A program made the translations under genes and the position numbers. Under the pieces are notes generated by a model, which did no database searches, was not told where the DNA came from, and saw only the letters and a list, made by a program, of their open reading frames with translations. A stretch of 64,000 bases of DNA from the human T2T-CHM13v2.0 reference genome, Homo sapiens. Positions 57,473 through 64,000 of the stretch are shown piece after piece; within the stretch, counting starts at the first letter, position 1, and each line of letters opens with the position of its first letter. The DNA lies in the NCBI RefSeq assembly GCF_009914755.1, contig NC_060928.1; one strand, written 5' to 3'.

Positions 57473-59119
57473 GTTAGAAGCACAGGAAAATAGAAGTAAT
57501 TAAAAAATACATATTTCTCTTTTCTAGGGAATTGACAATTGCAAAGTAATTTCACCTACAAAGTAAATACTACATATGTTGATTATGGTATAACTGAGCT
57601 TCTAATTATTTGCCTTATTTACAGATGGAGAAAATGAAAAATGTTCTTTTCAGAAATTCTTATTTTTAGTTCATGGTTCAATTAACAGACTGTTACTTTA
57701 CATTGTGTAATGATTCAAAAAATTTTCTGTACATTTTATTTGCTATCTCCAAAATGGACAGTTCTCACAAAAGCACAAAACTCAAAGCTCCATTAACGTG
57801 ATTTTGGGTAGAGGTTACAAGAAGGTAGATTTCAGCCCAATGTGAGGGAGAATTTCCTAATTAGAACTGCCTGAAAATGGGAGGCTTGGCATGCGCCCAC
57901 AAAGGTTGAGGCCAGTGAAGGTGGGATTTCGGCACTGGGTGGGAATTGAAGGGAGCTGAACTTTAACATCCTGTCAAACTCCCAAGAATCTGAAATTCTA
58001 GAAATGTTCCCATGACTGAGAATAGCTCCTTATTGATCTGCTCCTTCTGCCTGAAAATTTCCATTTCCTTTGGGTTTTTAAAGCATTCTTTTCTTTCTCT
58101 AGGTTAGAAGCCTTTATCTCTCCTAGGCTGCTGCTTGTAAATTATACATTCCTTGGGAAAAGCAAAGCAATAAAACATGATCCATTTTTAAGAATCTAAT
58201 GTGATTTCTTTTCTTAATTAAACACAACTAATATTATGTTCCCAAAGGCGTGTTAAAACAGTTGTTAAATTTTAAAAGAGGGAGAGGGTCATCTTGGTAA
58301 ATAGGTTTGGGGAATTCTGAACAAAAACAAATTAAATAGGATTCTTTATGTGGGACTCGACAGAACTTTTACTATGCGAATGTGTCCTGTGAATCCCTAG
58401 GAAGAAGGATGTAGTATGCAGTATTTCAATATTCCTTTGACCGTAGACCCTTTTTCCACTGAGAATATCCAATGGCATGTATTAAAGGTACCACTAATTG
58501 AAGTTATTACAGTGTATTCACTTTTGCATAGGTGAACTCATATAATATTTACCACAACTATTTAAGATTGATATTATTATCAACAGTTCAAAGATGAGAA
58601 AACTAAGGCTAGCAAGTAATTTGCCTAAGGTCATATAGCTTATAAATCCCTGAGCCACTATTCAAGCAATAAAGAGTGCATTCTTAAGCATCCACTACTG
58701 TGCCTCTCAAGGAGGCTGCAGCCTCACTAGGGAGCTACTCATATGGCCCTGAATCATCATACTGGTCCTGAGTCACTAGGCTCAGATGTCTGCCTGCCTC
58801 CAGCTGCCTGATTGAGGCTCTGATACTTACTGGGACTCTACTTGTCCTGCTTCCAGTTTCTACTGAACACCCAGTGTTTGTTACATCATGCATAAGTACA
58901 ACACTTTATATTAAGTGCCAGATGTAAGCACAGTGAGATGTGAAGGAGTTCTGGAGAATATGAGCTCACTTGGACTGGAACAGTCGGGAAAGGGTTCAGG
59001 AATGAGGGGGCCTTGAGCTGATTCCAAATGATGGGCAGGACATGGAGTAGCTGAGAGGGAAGGCATGAACCTGTCAGATAATGGCATAAGCAGAAATTTT
59101 CATGGAAGAAGGAAGATGA

Positions 59120-61070
59120 CAAATAGAATAGGAGGGAACTTTCCAACTCTGTGAGGCCAGTGTTATCCTCATATTAAAATCAGGCAAAGATATCACAAGA
59201 AAAAAACTCCACAGACCAATATCCTTTATGACAATAGACACAAAAATCCTTAAGAAAAAACTAGTAGCCTGAATCCAACAACATGTAAGAAGGCTTAAGT
59301 AACATGACCAAATGGGATTTATCCCAGGAGTGCAAGGTTGGTTTAACATAAAAAAGCCAATCAATGTAATATACCATATTAATAAAATAAAGGATAAAAA
59401 CCACATGATCATCTCAATAAATGCAGAAAAACTATTTGACAAGATCCAACATCCTTTCATGATTTATAAAAAAAAAAAAAATAGACAACACTGGAAATAG
59501 AAGGAAACTCCTTCAACTTGATAAAGAGCATCTGAAAAATCCACAGCTAATATCATATTTAATGATGAAAAATGAATGTGATCCCCTTAAGATCAGGAAC
59601 AAAACAAGGGTTTCTTATCTCATTCCTTCTATTCAACACTGTATTCTACAGTACTATACTGTTGGCTATAGCTGGGACATTTAGAAAAGAAAAAGAAATA
59701 AGAGGCATTAATCTTAGGAAGAAGTAAAACTGTACTTGCAGATGCCATGATTGTATATATAGAAAGTCCTAAGGAATACACACACAGAAAGCTATTAGAC
59801 TAATAAACAAGATTGAGCAAAGTTATAGGATACAAGATTGGAGTTTTTGTATATCAATTGTATTTCTGTACTCTAGCAATTTATAATCTAAAAATGACCC
59901 TAGGAAAACAATTCCATTTACATAGCATCAAAAAGAATAAACGACTTAGGAATAAGTTTAACCAAGAAGTGCAAGACTTGTACACCAAAAATGACAAAAT
60001 ATCATTGAAAGAAATTAAAGAAGATTGAAATGATGGAAAGACATCTCATGTTCATCTATTGGAAAACATAATATTGTTAAGATGACAGTACTCCCCAAAC
60101 TGAGCTACAGATTCAATGTGGTCCCCATCAAAATCCTAGCTGTCTTTTTTCCCCCAGAAATTAGAAGTGGATCCTAAAATTCATATGGAATTGCAGGGGA
60201 CCCAGAATAGCCAAAACATTATTGAAAAAGGAGAACAAAGATGGAAGACTCACACTTTCCATTTAAAACACTTACTACAAAGCTGCAGTAATCTAAACAG
60301 TGAAGTACTGGTATAAGGATAGATATAAAGATAATGGAATTGAATTGAGAGTTCAGAAATAAACTCTTACGTTTGTGGTCAATTGATTTTCAATAAGAGT
60401 GCTAAGACAATTCAATGGGCAAAGAAGAGTTTTTCAACAAATATTTCTGGGACAATTGGATAGCCACATGCAAAAGAATGAAATTGGACCCTTTTTTACA
60501 TCATATACAAAAATTAACTCAAAATGGATCACAGACCTAAATGTAAGAATTAAAATTATAAAACTCTTAAAAGAAAAAGTAAATTTCCATGACCTTGAAT
60601 TAGGCAGTGGTTTCTTAGGTACCAAAAGCACAAGTGACAAAAGGAAAAACAGAAAAGTTGGACTACATCAAAATTAAATTTTGTGTTACAAATGATATCA
60701 TCAAGAAAGTTATAAAACAATCCACAGAATGGATGGAAATATTTGTAAGTCATATTTGGAATAAGTAAAAATAAAAAACAAAACTCCCACAACTCAATAA
60801 TAAAATGACCCCCTCCCCAAATTTTTTTTTATTGGGCAAAGGATTCTAATAGACATTGCTCCACAAAAGATATAAAAATATCAATTAACACATAAACCAT
60901 ACTTGCTCAACATCATTAGCCATCAGGGAAGTACAAATCAAAACCACAAATGAGATATTATTTCACACCCATTAGGAAGGCTACAGGCAAAAAAGATAGA
61001 CAGTAACAAGTGTTGATGAAGATATATAGGGATTGGAACCCTCACACATTGCTGGTGGGAATATAAAATA
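59120..61070 (+). mobile_element. Old L1M ORF2 segment (RT to C-terminus), decayed and internally deleted
   Basis: [15 protein letters not shown]...[21 protein letters not shown] (ORF 59312-59500); YTKINSKWITDLNVR (ORF 60399-60677). Confidence 0.9.
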
Positions 61071-61179
61071 TTAATGGTTTAGGGTAATGTTTAGTTCTGA
61101 TCCCATACCTTCACTTTATAAATGGGGAAACAGGCTCAAAGAGGTGACAGTGCTATTAGTGTTAGAAATGTGACTACAC

Positions 61180-62328
61180 CCACTGTCCTGCACCCAATGT
61201 CCGACAATCCCCAGTGAGATGCACCTGGTACCTCAGATGGAAATGCAGAAATCATTCATCTTCTGCGTCGCTCATGCCGGGAGCTGTAGACTGGAGCTGT
61301 TCCTATTCGGCCATCTTGGGTAAACTAAAGAGCTTCTGCACAGCAAAAGAAACTACCATCGGAGTGAAGAGGCAACCTACGGAATGGGAGAAAATTTTTG
61401 CAATCTGCTTATCTGACAAAGGGCTGATATCCAGAATCTACAATGAACTCAAACAAATTTACAAGAAAAAAACAACCCCATCAACAAGTGGGCGAAGGAT
61501 ATGAACAGACACTTCTCAAAAGAAGACATTTATGCAGCCGAAAGACACATGAAAAAATGCTCATCATCACTGGCCATCAGAGAAATGCAAATCAAAACCA
61601 CAATGAGATACCATCTCACACCAGTTAGAATGGCGATCATTAAAAAGTCAGGAAACAACAGGTGCTGGAGAGGATGTGGAGAAATAGGAACACTTGTACA
61701 CTGTTGGTGGGACTGTAAACTAGTTCAACCATTGTGGAAGTCAGTGTGGCGATTCCTCAGGGATTTAGAACTAGAATACCATTTGACCCAGCCATCCCAT
61801 TACTGGGTATATACCCAAAGGACTATAAATCATGCGGCTCTAAAGACACATGCACACGTATGTTTATTGCGGCACTATTCCCAATAGCAAAGACTTGGAA
61901 CCAAGCCAAATGTCCAACAATGATAGACTGGATTAAGAAAATGTGGCACATATACACCATGGAATACTATGCAGCCATAAAAAATGATGAGTTCATGTCC
62001 TTTGTAGGGACATGGATGAAGCTGGAAACCATCATTCTCAACAAACTATCGCAAGGACAAAAAACCAAACGCCGCATGTTCTCACTCATAGGTGGGAATT
62101 GAACAGTGAGAACACATGGACACAGGAAGGGGAACATCACACACTGGGGCCTGTTGTGGGGTGGGGGGAGGGGGGAGGGATAGCATTAGGACATATACCT
62201 AATGTTAAATGACGAGTTAATGGGTGCAGCACACCAACATGGCACATGTATACACATGTAACAAACGTGCACGTTGTGCACATGTACCCTAAAACTTAAA
62301 GTATAATAAAAAGAAAAAAAAAAAGAAA
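61180..62328 (+). mobile_element. L1PA3/4-like insertion: inverted 5'UTR fragment (61180-61319) fused to the sense 3' ~1 kb (61321-62328)
   Basis: TSD agaaatgtgactacac at 61164-61179 and 62329-62344; ctgttcctattcggccatcttgg is the reverse complement of the L1 5' start; ORF2 C-terminus, 3'UTR and A tail follow. Confidence 0.95.
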
Positions 62329-62379
62329 AGAAATGTGACTACACTCCAAGCCTGCCCATTTTGCACATGGTAGTGCTTG

Positions 62380-62660
62380 TTTCTTGAATAGCCCCATCCC
62401 CCATCTCCACCTCCTTCCTTTGTCTAATTCCTCTCCATCCTTGAGTTTTCTGCACAAATGTGCCTTCCTTAGGAGAGCAAGCTTTCTTTGATTCCCTCAG
62501 CCTAGATCAGGCCCCTTCCCCTGACATTGTTCTCACAACTTCCTTGACCTTTCCCTAAAAGTAAGCTTTGTGACTTGCCATTCGCTGTATTTCCCGTCTC
62601 TAACGCTGGGCCTGGCACATAGCAGGTATTCAGTAAGCATTTATTCAATGAATGAATGCA
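62380..62660 (+). mobile_element. L2 3' end
   Basis: gcctggcacatagcaggtattcagtaagcatttattcaatgaatgaatg. Confidence 0.75.
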
Positions 62661-63092
62661 TGATTACTGCTCTTCCCCATACTGACTTTTCCCACTGGAC
62701 AAGTCAATATTCATCTAATTTGGCCTCCAGTTTCCCACCTTGGTAAAGAGTATCACTGTCCCTCAGACCTGCTGGAAAAGGAAGAATCCACAGTTGGTGC
62801 CATGAGACTTCATGTTACCAATGAAGTTATACTGAAGTGCAGGCTCCCTGCTTACCGTTGTTTGCATTGATTCACCTGACCTTGCTGCTTTTCAGAGGAT
62901 GAAGTCAGAAAGGACCTGTTTTACTTGACTGTTTATCCTCTATCCTTAGGAAGCTGGGATGTGCTGAAATTGAATAGGGAATGGTGAAGAGGTGCAAAAC
63001 CCATTAAATAAAAATTAGGTACTAAGCAGGAAAATCAACAGAGCTGAGCTGAATATGTCTAGAGAAAAAGAAGGTTGATGAATCAGTTATAG

Positions 63093-63429
63093 CAGGGGTC
63101 CCCAACCCCCAGGTGGTGAACCAGTACCGGTGTGTGGCCTGTTAGGAACCAGGCCGCACAGCAGGGGGTAAGTGGCAGGCAAGGGAGCATTACTGCCTGA
63201 GCTCCACCTCCTATCAGATCAGCAGCTGCATTAGATTCTCATGGGAGCATGAACCCTATTGTGAACTGTGCATGCGAGGGATCTAGGTGGCGTGCTTTTT
63301 CTGAGAATCTAATGCCTGATAATCTGAGGTGGAACAGTTTCATCCTGAAACCATCTTCCCACCCCCGTCCATGAAAAAATTATCTTCCACAAAACCGGTT
63401 CCTGGTGCTGAAAAGGTTGGGGACTGCTG
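63093..63429. mobile_element. MER1B hAT-Charlie element, full length
   Basis: TIRs caggggtccccaacc ... ggttggggactgctg; 8-bp TSD agttatag/aggtatag. Confidence 0.92.
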
Positions 63430-64000
63430 AGGTATAGCGATTCTTAGAGATACAATATGTGGTAAATGCAGCAGAACAGGAGCTAGGGACCTCTCAGGAA
63501 GCCAGGTGTCTCACTCGAGAGCTGTGTGACCCTCACCTAGCTAGCGCCTTCGTCTCCCAGGATTATTAGGACAAAAATGCATATGACATTGCGCTATCTG
63601 CAATAAAGCACTTTAAAAAGCAGGTTAATATTAGTATTGAGATAAAGAGGATATTGATGACTACTATTTCCAGAGCATGAACCAGAGGAAAATTGATTCA
63701 AATGACAGCTACAGAGGTTTATGGAAAGATCTTTCTCCACATGGGGAAACGTAGGAGTGGAATAAATAGCATGGAAGCCTGTGAAGTGGGCTTTAGAGGC
63801 AAGTTAGAAGATCGTTTGTCTTAGGTGGTGTCTTAGGACTGAGCTTACAGACCGGAGTAGATGACCCTCTGACTTCAATTCTAAGATTCTCCATTTGAGA
63901 TTCCAAACTTTCCTCCTCTTCCTTGAATTTGTATGACGTACCCTGTTTCTTTTGTAATTAACAGGTAATTTGGTACACTATAGCCTATCAAATACCGTAT

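Overview
This is primate, most likely human, genomic DNA: AT-rich, mostly intronic, and dense in Alu, L1, L2/MIR, MaLR/ERV LTRs and hAT/Tigger DNA transposons. I can support only one exon. It is a 172-nt + strand internal exon at 54328-54499 (cag|AC...AAG|gtaata) reading DKKKGGKFQPFKKLFGKRKKKD...SSDEETLEDNLR, which I recognise from memory as the basic N-terminal block of the CRACD (KIAA1211)/CRACDL/KIAA1210 family, most likely CRACD. Most other ORFs in the track trace to repeats and none has splice-supported coding evidence. I found no evidence for a new gene system, CRISPR array or RNA gene. The most interesting structures are traces of retrotransposition and repair. They include an L1PA2-like insertion with a 68-nt 3' transduction (30506-31587), an L1 whose inverted segment is the extreme 5' UTR fused to the last ~1 kb (61164-62344), and a 104-bp copy of unique local DNA at an Alu tail (17339-17442 vs 21336-21439). 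There is also a perfect 37-bp spaced duplication (26250-26341), an apparently L1-retroposed LTR-transcript tail later split by MSTA (45891-46405), and a nested ERV-L relic (37621-43005). Repeat subfamily names come from recalled consensus sequences and were not computed; boundaries of old repeats are approximate.
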